This document shows positions 33,726 through 44,280 of a DNA stretch of 64,000 nt, in pieces. Position 1 is the first letter of the stretch; every line of letters starts with the position of its first letter. This stretch comes from an uncultured Bacteroidota bacterium (GTDB lineage Bacteria; Bacteroidota; Rhodothermia; Balneolales; HLUCCA01): the NCBI GenBank assembly GCA_947085565.1, contig CAMTWZ010000017.1, positions 4,526-68,525 of the forward strand, in the 5' to 3' direction. Under the pieces are notes generated by a model. The model ran no database searches, was not told the DNA's origin, and saw only the letters and a list, made by a program, of their open reading frames with translations. The position numbers and the translations under genes were made by a program.

Positions 33726-34517
33726 TCACCCTCCCTGCCGCTTCGCCAGTATCCGTCTCAACAACCCCGGCGCCAGTTTCGAGAGCCAGATTCCCAGCAC
33801 CTCGAATCCTCCGATCCAGATCTCCGGCTTTTTCTTCTCCAAGGCCTTAACCGCTTTGCGCGCAAATACATCCGGGTCCATCCCCTTTTCCTGATTCACA
33901 TCCATTCTGCCATATTTGGTGCCATCCGGACCTACCGCGTTCACCGAAACCTCGGTGCGGATGTAGCCTGGGCATACCAACGACACCGAAATTCCGGTGC
34001 CGGCCAATTCCGCCCGCAACGAATCGAAATAGCCGTGAAGCGCATGCTTCGAGGCGGCATAGCTGGTGCGGATCGGCGTTCCGAGTTTGCCGACCACGCT
34101 CGAAATGACCACGATGTGTCCGTGTTTCCGCTCCAAGAAATGCGGCAGCAGGTGACGCGTCAGCTCCACGGTTCCGAAATAGTTCACATCGAACAGAGCC
34201 TTCTCCACATCCAATCGGGTTTCCACGGCGCGGGAGCGCTGACTGATGCCGGCGTTGTTCACCACCACATCCACGCTCCCTTTCCATTCCACCGCCCTTG
34301 CCACAGCTGCGGGAATCGACATATGGTCGGCCACATCCAAAGGCAAAATCAAACACCGACTTTCTGGCAGATCGCACGCCGAACGAACGCGTTCCAACTC
34401 GCCCGTCCGCCGCGCCGAAAGAATAAGAGATGCCCCGCGTCGGGCGTATTCCTTAGCCAAGGCCTCACCGATGCCGGAAGAGGCACCGGTGATCCAAATC
34501 GTGGTATCTTTGCTCAT
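33726..34517 (-). CDS. SDR-family oxidoreductase
   Basis: 263 aa with TGASSGIGEALA, NNAG and YAASKHAL. Confidence 0.9.
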   Translation of the reverse strand: MSKDTTIWITGASSGIGEALAKEYARRGASLILSARRTGELERVRSACDLPESRCLILPLDVADHMSIPAAVARAVEWKGSVDVVVNNAGISQRSRAVETRLDVEKALFDVNYFGTVELTRHLLPHFLERKHGHIVVISSVVGKLGTPIRTSYAASKHALHGYFDSLRAELAGTGISVSLVCPGYIRTEVSVNAVGPDGTKYGRMDVNQEKGMDPDVFARKAVKALEKKKPEIWIGGFEVLGIWLSKLAPGLLRRILAKRQGG

Positions 34518-34546
34518 GGCTTGAATCTATCGAATTTCACCGACCC

Positions 34547-35215
34547 ATGCTCCTGATCCTGGAAGACGAAACCCAAACCGCCGACATGCTCTCCTCCTTT
34601 CTGGAACTCAACGGTTTCCAGACGGCGGTGGCGTACGACGGACATCAGGCCATCGACCTTCTTTCCTCATCCGCAGAAAAATTCCGCCTCGCGATTCTGG
34701 ACATCATGGTTCCGGGTCCCGACGGCAAAGCCGTGTGCCGGTTCATCCGCTCGCATCCTGCGCTGAAAAGCATCCCCGTCATTTTTCTCACCGCGCGCGA
34801 TGAGGAGCAGGATGAGATCGAAGGGCTCTCCATCGGCGCCGACGATTACATCCCCAAACCGGCCAGCCTGAACCTGATTCTGGCGCATGTGCAGACACAA
34901 TTGCGTCGGCGTGAGGCCGGAACCAAGGTCTATCTGCATTTGGGAGAGGTCACACTCGACCAGAACCGTCGCGAGGCGACGCTTCAAGGTCAACCCTTGG
35001 ATCTGACTGGAACCGAATACACGATCCTACATCTGCTTGCGGCCAACCCGAACCGCGTGTTCTCGCGCCAGGAAATCCTGAACCGGATTTCGGACGGGAA
35101 AGACGTCTTCGACCGCACCGTCGACGCGCACATCAAAAACCTCCGCATGAAACTGGGTTCGGAAGGCGCGCGCATCAAAACCGTGCGCGGCGTGGGTTAC
35201 GGAGTCAAAAAATGA
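34547..35215 (+). CDS. OmpR/PhoB-family response regulator
   Basis: The receiver domain has LILEDE...LDIMVPGPDG. The winged-helix output domain has TEYTILHLL...VRGVGY. Confidence 0.9.
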   Translation: MLLILEDETQTADMLSSFLELNGFQTAVAYDGHQAIDLLSSSAEKFRLAILDIMVPGPDGKAVCRFIRSHPALKSIPVIFLTARDEEQDEIEGLSIGADDYIPKPASLNLILAHVQTQLRRREAGTKVYLHLGEVTLDQNRREATLQGQPLDLTGTEYTILHLLAANPNRVFSRQEILNRISDGKDVFDRTVDAHIKNLRMKLGSEGARIKTVRGVGYGVKK

Positions 35216-36537
35216 ACATCCGCGCCAAACTCTCGCTCACGTTCGTGCTGCTGATGATCTTCGGCGTGACCGCCATCAGCAGTTATGCGATCCTGTTCAT
35301 CCGCAACGACATGCTGGAATCGGGTTTGGAAACCATGAACCGACATGCCGTATGGATGGCGTTATCGGTGAGCGAACTGCCCGATGACGACCAGTTTCGT
35401 TCTAAAGTCGGTGTTTTGGCCGCCACCGCCGGGTACGATGTGGGATTGTATGATGCCGAGAGCTCCCTGTTTTTCGAGTACGGAATAGGCCGCGAACTGG
35501 ACGAAGAGCGGGTGTATGTGTTCAAAGACATTCCCGGAAGTCGGAATGCGGCGATCAGGCTCGAACTGAGTCTGCCCAAAGAAACCCTGTATGAGCCCGT
35601 GAAAACCATGCGGTGGATCATTTACACAGGGATGTTCATCTCCATCGGTATCATTCTTCTAGTGAGCAACCGAGTGGCCACATCCCTATCCAGGCCTATC
35701 CGCGCGCTGAACGACGCCGCGTTGAGAATCGCCGACGGGGATGTGACCCATCAGATCGACCTCGATCGACGCGATGAGTTCGGAACCTTGGCCGCCTCCA
35801 TCAACCGGATGTCGGAACGGCTTCACGCCGACATGGCCGAATTGGAGGCCGCTTCCGAACGTCAATCCCAATTTTATGCGGACATCTCGCACGAGATCCG
35901 CAACCCGCTTCATACGCTCATGGCCTCGCTCGACATGGCGCGGATGGAACAAATTCCTGCCGAAAAACGCGTTCAATATCTGGAAAACGCGCGGCATCAG
36001 ACGGATCGGCTCAGTCGCCTGTTCAACGACCTGCTCACTTTGCAACGGTTTGATGCGGATGCGGCTTTCGTCACCCGTCAACGCACCGAACTGAATCCCA
36101 TCCTTCAAAAAATCGGCGGAATCTATGCGGATATGGCCCGAGAAAAAGGCTTGCACCTCGATATTCCCGAAACCGATGCGATAGTGATGGCGGATGCCGG
36201 AAAATTGGAACAGGTGCTGGATAACCTGATCTCGAACGCGGTGAAGTATGTGAACCAGGGTCGGGTCTGGGTGGTGGTGAATCCGACATCCGACGGGGTT
36301 GAACTGAGAGTGGGTGATACGGGTCCGGGCATCGCGCCGGAGCACATCCCGCATCTGTTCGACCGGTTTTACCGCACCGACAAGGCCCGTTCCCGCGACA
36401 GCGGCGGCACCGGCTTGGGCTTGGCCATTGTGAAAAGCATCCTGGATGCGCATGGCTCGGAAATCCATGTCGTATCCAATGGCGGGAATGGAACCGAATT
36501 CTCGTTCACGCTACCCTCTCCAAACCTGAATAGATGA
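35212..36537 (+). CDS. Sensor histidine kinase (TM-HAMP-HisKA-HATPase)
   Basis: H-box ISHEIRNPL, N-box LISNAVKY and G-boxes DTGPGI and GGTGLGLAI. Confidence 0.9.
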   Translation: MNIRAKLSLTFVLLMIFGVTAISSYAILFIRNDMLESGLETMNRHAVWMALSVSELPDDDQFRSKVGVLAATAGYDVGLYDAESSLFFEYGIGRELDEERVYVFKDIPGSRNAAIRLELSLPKETLYEPVKTMRWIIYTGMFISIGIILLVSNRVATSLSRPIRALNDAALRIADGDVTHQIDLDRRDEFGTLAASINRMSERLHADMAELEAASERQSQFYADISHEIRNPLHTLMASLDMARMEQIPAEKRVQYLENARHQTDRLSRLFNDLLTLQRFDADAAFVTRQRTELNPILQKIGGIYADMAREKGLHLDIPETDAIVMADAGKLEQVLDNLISNAVKYVNQGRVWVVVNPTSDGVELRVGDTGPGIAPEHIPHLFDRFYRTDKARSRDSGGTGLGLAIVKSILDAHGSEIHVVSNGGNGTEFSFTLPSPNLNR

Positions 36538-36878
36538 CACTCGACACGTTCCGCGCGCATTGCCTGTCTTTCGATGGCGTCACAGAATCCTTCCCCTTCG
36601 GTGGAGATGCGTTGGTGTTCAAAGTCTATGGAAAGATGTTCGCCTTGTGCGATGCGGACCTGTTCGAAGGCATCAATCTGAAATGGCCGCCCGAGGTGAA
36701 CATCGAGCGCCGCGAGGAATACCCCGAAACGGTGATTCCGGGTTACCACATGAGCAAGGTGCACTGGAGTACGGTGAGGATGGATGGGATGATCCAAGAC
36801 CGGATCTTGAAAGAGTGGGTGCGCGAGTCGTACGACATCGTACTCGCCTCCATCCCGCTAAAAAACCGCGGAACTTAG
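36534..36878 (+). CDS. MmcQ/YjbR family protein
   Basis: 114 aa with SFPFGGDALVFKVYGKMFAL...HMSKVHWSTV. Confidence 0.75.
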   Translation: MTLDTFRAHCLSFDGVTESFPFGGDALVFKVYGKMFALCDADLFEGINLKWPPEVNIERREEYPETVIPGYHMSKVHWSTVRMDGMIQDRILKEWVRESYDIVLASIPLKNRGT

Positions 36879-38002
36879 CGCTCCACAAGCAGAAGTACGT
36901 TGGCGACAGCTCGTTCTCCGGTCATATCGGACGGCTTGTTCACCACGTTTCCTTTCACCACCATCGCTGTGGAGCCGCCTCCATCCAGATTGAGCGCATC
37001 CCAAGCGCCGAGCGAAAGCAGGAATTCAGCCATGTCGTGAAATGTCATTCCGATGCTTGCCTCCTGCCGGCCATCGACCGTGCATAACCAGATTCTCGTC
37101 TGTTCACGATTCACGGCCACGAAGGTTCGAGGGTGCCGCGCGTTCATGAAACTCGCTCCGACGCGGTCGCGTTCCTCATTCAAAGACGTCACAGGCTGAC
37201 CGTTTTCCAAGATCATCCCTCCTCCGCCGATGGCTTGACGGAGTCCGGCCAGATGCGGCTCTTGGAACCCGAGCCAGACTCGGATGGTGTCGCCGCCAGA
37301 CAAGTCGCGCCACTTCCAATATTGCGCCGTTTCGGGGCCGATGGAGAGCATCGGTCCGACCACGGCCTGCGGCCCGTAACCCGGTTCCCTCTCATGGATC
37401 ACATAAGCGTCATCGCCGATGGATTTGAGATGAAACACGAATCCGGTGCTGTCGCTTCGGACGCGGTCGGTGGCATGGGTGGTGTACCAAACCGCGTGGT
37501 GCTGATTGCGGAGACGGTTCACCCCGTTGAGTTTGAGAGTATCGGCATTCGGCGAAAGCACATACCCGGCGAAGGTCGGTCGCTCAAAGGTGATGCGTCC
37601 ATCCTCCAAAACCATGAGATGGGTTCGTGCCGTGGGTGTGGCGTGGATGAATTCCCCATCGGTGACTTGATAGCTTATCGGCCAGGTGGTTTGGAAGCTG
37701 AAAAAATCAGCGTTGATTGCGGCCAAGACTCTTGAATAACGCAAATCGGCATCACTGGCCTGTGAACTGGTGCGTTTGAGCCCACCCGAGCGCCAAGCCA
37801 CCAGCTCCGCGGTGCTTTGATTGCGGTTGATTTCAACCACATCGATCGCAAGTGGGCCGTCTAAGGCATAATGCCGATAAACCACTCCATGAGCTACTGA
37901 AACACCTTCGCTCGCATAGTCTGTGGCACGGTAATCCGTCTCCAGCGTGAGCAGGAGAAGTACGATGATTAGCCTGGGTAGATGGACGAACGAAGGATGC
38001 AT
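36875..38002 (-). CDS. Phosphodiester glycosidase family protein (DUF2233)
   Basis: C-terminal CTVDGRQEASIGMTFHDMAEFLLSLGAWDALNLDGGGSTAMVV. The start was set to the internal ATG (MHPSFVHLPRLIIVLLL, signal-like), which removes the overlap with the RND gene. Confidence 0.75.
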   Translation of the reverse strand: MHPSFVHLPRLIIVLLLLTLETDYRATDYASEGVSVAHGVVYRHYALDGPLAIDVVEINRNQSTAELVAWRSGGLKRTSSQASDADLRYSRVLAAINADFFSFQTTWPISYQVTDGEFIHATPTARTHLMVLEDGRITFERPTFAGYVLSPNADTLKLNGVNRLRNQHHAVWYTTHATDRVRSDSTGFVFHLKSIGDDAYVIHEREPGYGPQAVVGPMLSIGPETAQYWKWRDLSGGDTIRVWLGFQEPHLAGLRQAIGGGGMILENGQPVTSLNEERDRVGASFMNARHPRTFVAVNREQTRIWLCTVDGRQEASIGMTFHDMAEFLLSLGAWDALNLDGGGSTAMVVKGNVVNKPSDMTGERAVANVLLLVER

Positions 38003-38007
38003 GGACC

Positions 38008-41000
38008 CTAAAGGTCCGAAACCACTTTGACATCTCCAACAATTCTTGACGACCAAATTCGCAAATCATCCAGCCAGATGTAAAAGGTTGGCAATAAGAT
38101 CATGGAAACGATCGTCGAGAAGGCCAAACCTCCGACAATGGCCCGAGCCATCGGGAAGTACGGTGGGCCATCGCCGCCGATTTGGGTATCACCGATGCAA
38201 AGAGGCAACAGTCCGAGGATGGTGGTTCCGGCCGTCATCAGAATGGGGCGCATACGGTTCATTCCTCCGGTGATGATGGCTTCCGATCTCGACAAACCTT
38301 CGGCGCGCAACTGGTTGATGTGATCGATCAACACGATTCCATTGTTCACCACCACTCCCATCAGAATCAGAATGCCGATCATCGCCATGAGATCGAAAGT
38401 GGTTCCGGTAAACATGAAGAACCAGAACACGCCGATGACGGCAAAACCGATGGATGTGATGATGCTGGCCGGATACAACGTGCTTTCGAAGAGCGACGCC
38501 ATCACCAGATAGATCAATGCCAACGCAAGCAGGATGTTGACCACCATCTGATTCATGGCACTCTCGCTTTCTCGGAAACTGCGTCCGTAACTCCATCCAT
38601 ACCCGGGTGGATAGGAAATCTGATCCATCACGGGTTGGATTCGCTTGCGAGCCTCATCCATCGTGATTCCATCCAAAGTTGCGGATATGCCTATGGATGT
38701 CTGCCGGTCTTCGCGGTTGATCTGAACCGGCCCCTTGCGCATCTCATAACCGGCGATGGCCGCCAACGTGATGGTCTCATCACCTCTGCGACTGATCGGA
38801 AGCTGCATGAGTTGCTCGATGGTCTCACGATCGCCCTCACGGAAACCGACCAACACATCCACCTCGCCTTGTGAACTCCGTACCCGTTTGAGATTCTGCC
38901 CCCTCATGCCGCTCGACACCAATCGGGCGACGTCCGAAGACGTCATTCCGAGCGCTCGGGCACGATCGCGATCCACGATCAATCGAACTTCTTCCGTGCC
39001 AGATTCGGCGGTGGTCTGCACATCGGTAAGTCCTTTGATGGCCCGGACCCGCCGGATCACCTCTTCGCCAAGCACCAACAGCTCTTCGCTGGAATCGCCG
39101 ATCAGATTCACTCTCATCGATTCGTTGCCGGTCTGACTGATGAACTCGAACGCCGGCCGAGCCACGCTCAATTTCGGCACATTCTCGCGGATTCGCTTCT
39201 TAATCTCTTCCGTGCTCAACGTCCGGTCTTTCTCGTCGATCAGCAGGATGGTCGACGTGGCGTAATTGGTGGTCAGAAAAGTGTACACTTTGTCAATCTG
39301 GTACTCTTCCTTGTTGGCGTAGAGAAACGTCTCCACGGTATCCACAGCTTCGGCCACCTTATCCAGAGAATAGGTTCCGTTGATGTTGTAAATCAGACGG
39401 AGTTCGGTGCCGCCGTCTTCGGGGAACATATCCACCTTGACGAACTGTCCGGGAATCGCGACACTCGCGATGATCAGAAACACGATACCTGTGGAAGTCC
39501 AAGGATGCCCGATGAGCCAGGTCAGTATTCTGCCATAAAATCTTTGGAAGCGGTGCAGCCAATCCTGTTCATTTTCGGTCACTTCGGGAGTGAAACGTGA
39601 AGTGAGCAGAGGAATCAGCGTGAGTGATATCACCAAAGAGGAACACAGCGCCAGAACGATGGTGACAGCGACGTGCTTCAGAAATATGGCCGTCATATCG
39701 GTCTGACTGATGATATTCGGCAGAAACACGATGATGGTGGTGAGTGTTCCGGCGATCACCGCCATGGACACTTCCTTCACCGCTCGAATCGTCACCTCTT
39801 TTCGATCACCCCCCATCCGTTGATGCCGATGGATGTTTTCAGTGACCACGACCGCGTTATCGACCAACATCCCCACGGCCAGCATCAAGCCCATCATGCT
39901 GAGGATATTGAGTGACATGCCCAAGAAATACAACCCGCCCACCGTGATGGTGAGTGACAACGGAACGGCGATGGATACGATGAGTGTGGCGGAAACGCTT
40001 CTGAGAAAAACAAAAAGGACGATCGTGGAAAGCAATGCGCCGACAAGCCCTGCTTTGAGAAGTTCACTCAGTGAGCTTTTGATTCCCTCCGCTTGGTTGT
40101 TCAATTCGAAAATCTGGATGCCCCGCATTTCGGGATGTTTCCTGATTTCAGTGAGTTCGGCAACCACCGCATCCACGGTCGCGACCGTATTTCCACCGCT
40201 TTCCTTGAATATATCCACGCCGATGGCGGGCTTACGGTCCAGCCGACGCATGAATTGGACTTCCGGCGGAGCGAATCGGATATCGGCCACATCTCGCAAT
40301 CGCAGTCCGTTCTCTTGAATCACAAGATTGTTGAAATCCTCCAAATCACGCAATTCCCCGACAGGACGAACCACAAATCGGGATTCGTTATCCGTGATGG
40401 TTCCCGCCGTAACCGAGAAATTCGCCTCTTGCAACAGTCTCATCAATTCGGCGAGATTCACATTATGGGTGACCAAGCGGCTCGAAATCAGATCGATTTG
40501 AATCTGCTTCTTATCGACCCCATACAATTCCACTTTCGAGACACCTTCAATGCGCTCGAGCTTGGATTTCAGCTGACGGTTGAGCTTTTCGTAGGAGTTG
40601 GACAAATCCTGTTCACTGGAAATACGCAATGTGAGTACTTCCTGATCGTTCGCACTGAACGTACGAACCAGAATCCTCTCCAAATCAGCCGGCAAAAGAT
40701 GTCTTATTCCATCGATTTTCTCCCTTATTTCGATGGATTTCACCCTCACGTTGGTTCCCATCTCCATCCGAAGGAAAAACGTTGCGTTGTTCTCACTCGA
40801 AGATGAGTTCAAAGACTGGATTCCGCTTACTGTGGAGAGAACTTCCTCGATCGGTCGTGTGATCAGACGCTCCACCTCGCCAGGGGTGGAACCCCTATAG
40901 GGAACTTCCACCATGACACCGGGAAAGGTGATGTCAGGGAAGTATTCCAATGGAACCAACCGCGAGGAAATCAGACCGACCACCACCAAGCTGGTAAAAA

Positions 41001-41049
41001 TCATCAGAATGGTGATGGGGCGTTTGATCGAATAGGCAGCAAGTGACAT
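38008..41049 (-). CDS. RND efflux permease (AcrB/MdtC-like)
   Basis: 1013 aa, 12-TM plus two large periplasmic loops, with the typical N-terminus IKRPITILMIF. Confidence 0.9.
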   Translation of the reverse strand: MSLAAYSIKRPITILMIFTSLVVVGLISSRLVPLEYFPDITFPGVMVEVPYRGSTPGEVERLITRPIEEVLSTVSGIQSLNSSSSENNATFFLRMEMGTNVRVKSIEIREKIDGIRHLLPADLERILVRTFSANDQEVLTLRISSEQDLSNSYEKLNRQLKSKLERIEGVSKVELYGVDKKQIQIDLISSRLVTHNVNLAELMRLLQEANFSVTAGTITDNESRFVVRPVGELRDLEDFNNLVIQENGLRLRDVADIRFAPPEVQFMRRLDRKPAIGVDIFKESGGNTVATVDAVVAELTEIRKHPEMRGIQIFELNNQAEGIKSSLSELLKAGLVGALLSTIVLFVFLRSVSATLIVSIAVPLSLTITVGGLYFLGMSLNILSMMGLMLAVGMLVDNAVVVTENIHRHQRMGGDRKEVTIRAVKEVSMAVIAGTLTTIIVFLPNIISQTDMTAIFLKHVAVTIVLALCSSLVISLTLIPLLTSRFTPEVTENEQDWLHRFQRFYGRILTWLIGHPWTSTGIVFLIIASVAIPGQFVKVDMFPEDGGTELRLIYNINGTYSLDKVAEAVDTVETFLYANKEEYQIDKVYTFLTTNYATSTILLIDEKDRTLSTEEIKKRIRENVPKLSVARPAFEFISQTGNESMRVNLIGDSSEELLVLGEEVIRRVRAIKGLTDVQTTAESGTEEVRLIVDRDRARALGMTSSDVARLVSSGMRGQNLKRVRSSQGEVDVLVGFREGDRETIEQLMQLPISRRGDETITLAAIAGYEMRKGPVQINREDRQTSIGISATLDGITMDEARKRIQPVMDQISYPPGYGWSYGRSFRESESAMNQMVVNILLALALIYLVMASLFESTLYPASIITSIGFAVIGVFWFFMFTGTTFDLMAMIGILILMGVVVNNGIVLIDHINQLRAEGLSRSEAIITGGMNRMRPILMTAGTTILGLLPLCIGDTQIGGDGPPYFPMARAIVGGLAFSTIVSMILLPTFYIWLDDLRIWSSRIVGDVKVVSDL

Positions 41050-41055
41050 AAGACC

Positions 41056-44000
41056 CTAGTTCGATGTGAAGGTTTTACGGTCGAGGATGGAATACATCAC
41101 CGGAATGACCACCAACGTGAGTAACGTGGATACTACAAGTCCACCGATGACAGTGATTCCCATCGGAGCGCGGATTTCCGCGCCTTCGCCCACACCCAAT
41201 GAAAGCGGAAGCAGGCCGAGAACAGTGGTCAGCGTCGTCATCAGAATCGGACGCAGGCGTGAGCGGCCGGCCTCGCGGATCGCTTCAAGCTTTTCCACGC
41301 CCCGTGCGCGCATCTGATTGATCAGATCAATCAATACGATGGCATTGTTCACCACGATACCCGCAAGCAGGATCAGTCCGATGAATACAACGACACTGAT
41401 CGTGGAACCCGTGAGCCACAGCGCCCAAACCGCTCCGATCAATGCCATGGGAATGGTAAAGAGAATCACGAATGGATGAATCAGCGACTCAAACTGGGAG
41501 GCCATCACCAAATAGACCAGAAAGACTGCCAAGGTCAATGCGATCACCAGAGAATTGAATGCCGAGTCCATTTCCTGGCTTTGTCCAGCCATTCTTGCAT
41601 AAATACCTTCCGGCATCGGAACCGTTGCCATGATCGACTCCAATCGAGTGATGGCCTCACCAAGGTCGCCTTCCGCCAAATTCGCACTCACCACAGCGAC
41701 CCTTTGTTGAGAGCTGCGACGGATTTCAGACGGGCCTATCGCCGTTTCGATGGTGGCGATCGCATCCAGCGGAATCGCACGACCTTGAGGCGTCTGAATC
41801 ATGTAGCGCCGGATCTCATCCAAGGAAGCTCGGTCGTTTTCACGGCTTCGCACGAGAACATCGATCTTGCGATCGCGCCAGGAATACCGGGTTGCGACAT
41901 CGCCCTTGATGTTCGTCACCATCAGATTGGCCACATCCGCCAGATTCAAACCGAGCGCGGAGACTTTCTCGCGGTCGAACACCACCTGGATTTCAGGATA
42001 CCCTTGTTCCATGCTCGATTTCACATCCGCGAATTTGGAGTCGGATCGCATCAGCCTTGCGATGGCATCTGAAGTTGACTTCAATTGATTCAAATCAAAT
42101 CCTGTGATTTCAACTTCGATGGGTGTGCGAAAGGAAAAAAGTGCGGGTCTGTCGAATTTGTATTGCAATCCGGGGATGGTCTGCAACGCCGTGCGAAGGC
42201 TGTTCATGGAGTTCTCCTCTGAAAGAACTCCGGATCCAGGCTTCAAGCTCACGCTCACCTCGCCCCAGTTTTCTCCTCCGTTGTCCGGATTCGCATCCAT
42301 TCGATTTCCTGAACCGGCAACTGCGAATGTTCTGGCGATGGAAGAATCGCCCATGGCCGCATCTTGCACTTTCCGCATCACTTCATCCGTTTTCTCCAAC
42401 GGAGTGCCGGGAGGAAGCCGTAACTGCACTTCATATTCACCCTGCGACAAGGATGGTATCAGTTCCACGCCAATCAGAGGAATCATCAACAGGCTTCCGA
42501 TGAACATCCCCACCGCGGTCATCAAAACGATCGCCTTATTCCTCAATGACCAACCGATCACCAAGGGATATAGGTTCTCCAGCGTCGCATAGACTTTCTC
42601 GAAAAGTGTCAGGAATGGGTTGATCACGAACATCAGACCTTTGCCAATCCAACCGATCCCTTTTTTCGTCGTCGTGAACGCCACTTGGAAAAAGGAATAG
42701 AACACGAAAACCCGGATGGCTCGACGTATCTGTCCGAACTTCGTGGTCGGTTCACGAAGTTTGAGCGGTTCGATACTCGATTCAGACTTGTTGATGGATG
42801 AGAGCATAGGAATCAGAGTCAGTGCCACAAGCAGCGAAGCCAAAAGGGAAAAGGTGACGGTGAGAGCTTGATCTCTGAAAAGCTGACCGGCGATACCATC
42901 CACAAACACCAGCGGAAAGAATACCGCTACGGTGGTCAGTGTGGAAGCGATCACCGCATTGCCTACTTCCGAGGCGCCGTCTCGGGCAGCCTCCACCACA
43001 GATTTTCCGTTCGCCCGATGCCGTGAGATATTTTCGAGAACCACGATGGAGTTATCCACCAGCATCCCGATTCCAAGTGCGATTCCACCCAAAGACATGA
43101 TGTTCAAGGTGATGTCATACCCATACATCAGATTGAAGGTCGCAACCACCGACACCGGAATCGAAACGCCGATGATGATCGTTGATTTGAGATCCCTTAG
43201 AAAGACAAAAAGCACCACGATGGCCAACAACCCACCGATAATACCGGCGTTTGTCACATCGTCCACCGCTTGACGAATGAAAGTGGACTGGTCATACACC
43301 ATGTCAAGCTGCAAATCCTGCGGAAGCATTTTGCGCAGTTGACCCAGGCGAAACGTGACCGCATCCGCCACGGTTACGGTATTCGCATCGCCTTCCTTGT
43401 AAATGGCCACTTCGACGGCTTCTTTACCATTCAACCTGGAAATGGCTTCGCGTTCCTTGTACCCCTGAACCACCTGCGCCACATCTCGAAGGTACAAGGG
43501 CTTGCCATCCCGTTGAGCAATCACCAAATCACTGATCTCATCCACCGTTTTGAACTCATTCAGTGTACGAACCAGATATTGCTGGGTGCCTTCCTCGAGG
43601 CGGCCACCCGACATATTGATGTTCTCGTTACGAAGCGTGTTGACCAACTGACGGGCAGTGATTCCCAACTGGGCAAGGCGGCGTTGGTCGATGAGGACTT
43701 GGATCTCTTCTTCGAGTCCGCCACTGATTTTGACCGAGGCCACGCCCGGAGCGGCTTCAATGTCTTTCTTCACCTGCTCATCGGCGAACCGACGAAGAAA
43801 TTTCAACGCTTGAATCGGATCTTCGTCTGATTCCGTGTAAAGCGCGAATCGCATCACCGGATCCAATGTCGGATCAAACCGAAGAATGACCGGACGCTCC
43901 ACTTCCAGCGGCAAGAAAATGGCATCCAGCTTCTCGCGCACATCCATGCTCGCATAGTCCATATTCGTTCCCCATGCGAATTCAAGAGTCACATCCGATT

Positions 44001-44262
44001 GACCAGTTCTTGAAATACTTCGCACCTGCGACACATTCTTGACCGCGCCGAGAATTTCCTCGATGGGTTTAGAAACGAGGTTTTCAACTTCGGCCGGAGC
44101 CGCACCCTCATACCCGGTTCGAATCGTAAGCGTCGGGTAACTGAGATCCGGAAGCAGGTTCAACTTCAACCGACTCAAGGAAACCGCTCCGAAGAGCATG
44201 ATTCCGATCGTGAACATGAGGATGGTAACACGCCGACGTGTCGAGGCATGGACAAGGTACAT
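41056..44262 (-). CDS. RND efflux permease (AcrB/MdtB-like), paralog of the downstream gene
   Basis: 1068 aa with the same architecture. Confidence 0.9.
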   Translation of the reverse strand: MYLVHASTRRRVTILMFTIGIMLFGAVSLSRLKLNLLPDLSYPTLTIRTGYEGAAPAEVENLVSKPIEEILGAVKNVSQVRSISRTGQSDVTLEFAWGTNMDYASMDVREKLDAIFLPLEVERPVILRFDPTLDPVMRFALYTESDEDPIQALKFLRRFADEQVKKDIEAAPGVASVKISGGLEEEIQVLIDQRRLAQLGITARQLVNTLRNENINMSGGRLEEGTQQYLVRTLNEFKTVDEISDLVIAQRDGKPLYLRDVAQVVQGYKEREAISRLNGKEAVEVAIYKEGDANTVTVADAVTFRLGQLRKMLPQDLQLDMVYDQSTFIRQAVDDVTNAGIIGGLLAIVVLFVFLRDLKSTIIIGVSIPVSVVATFNLMYGYDITLNIMSLGGIALGIGMLVDNSIVVLENISRHRANGKSVVEAARDGASEVGNAVIASTLTTVAVFFPLVFVDGIAGQLFRDQALTVTFSLLASLLVALTLIPMLSSINKSESSIEPLKLREPTTKFGQIRRAIRVFVFYSFFQVAFTTTKKGIGWIGKGLMFVINPFLTLFEKVYATLENLYPLVIGWSLRNKAIVLMTAVGMFIGSLLMIPLIGVELIPSLSQGEYEVQLRLPPGTPLEKTDEVMRKVQDAAMGDSSIARTFAVAGSGNRMDANPDNGGENWGEVSVSLKPGSGVLSEENSMNSLRTALQTIPGLQYKFDRPALFSFRTPIEVEITGFDLNQLKSTSDAIARLMRSDSKFADVKSSMEQGYPEIQVVFDREKVSALGLNLADVANLMVTNIKGDVATRYSWRDRKIDVLVRSRENDRASLDEIRRYMIQTPQGRAIPLDAIATIETAIGPSEIRRSSQQRVAVVSANLAEGDLGEAITRLESIMATVPMPEGIYARMAGQSQEMDSAFNSLVIALTLAVFLVYLVMASQFESLIHPFVILFTIPMALIGAVWALWLTGSTISVVVFIGLILLAGIVVNNAIVLIDLINQMRARGVEKLEAIREAGRSRLRPILMTTLTTVLGLLPLSLGVGEGAEIRAPMGITVIGGLVVSTLLTLVVIPVMYSILDRKTFTSN

Positions 44263-44280
44263 CTTGCTTTCCTTGAGGCT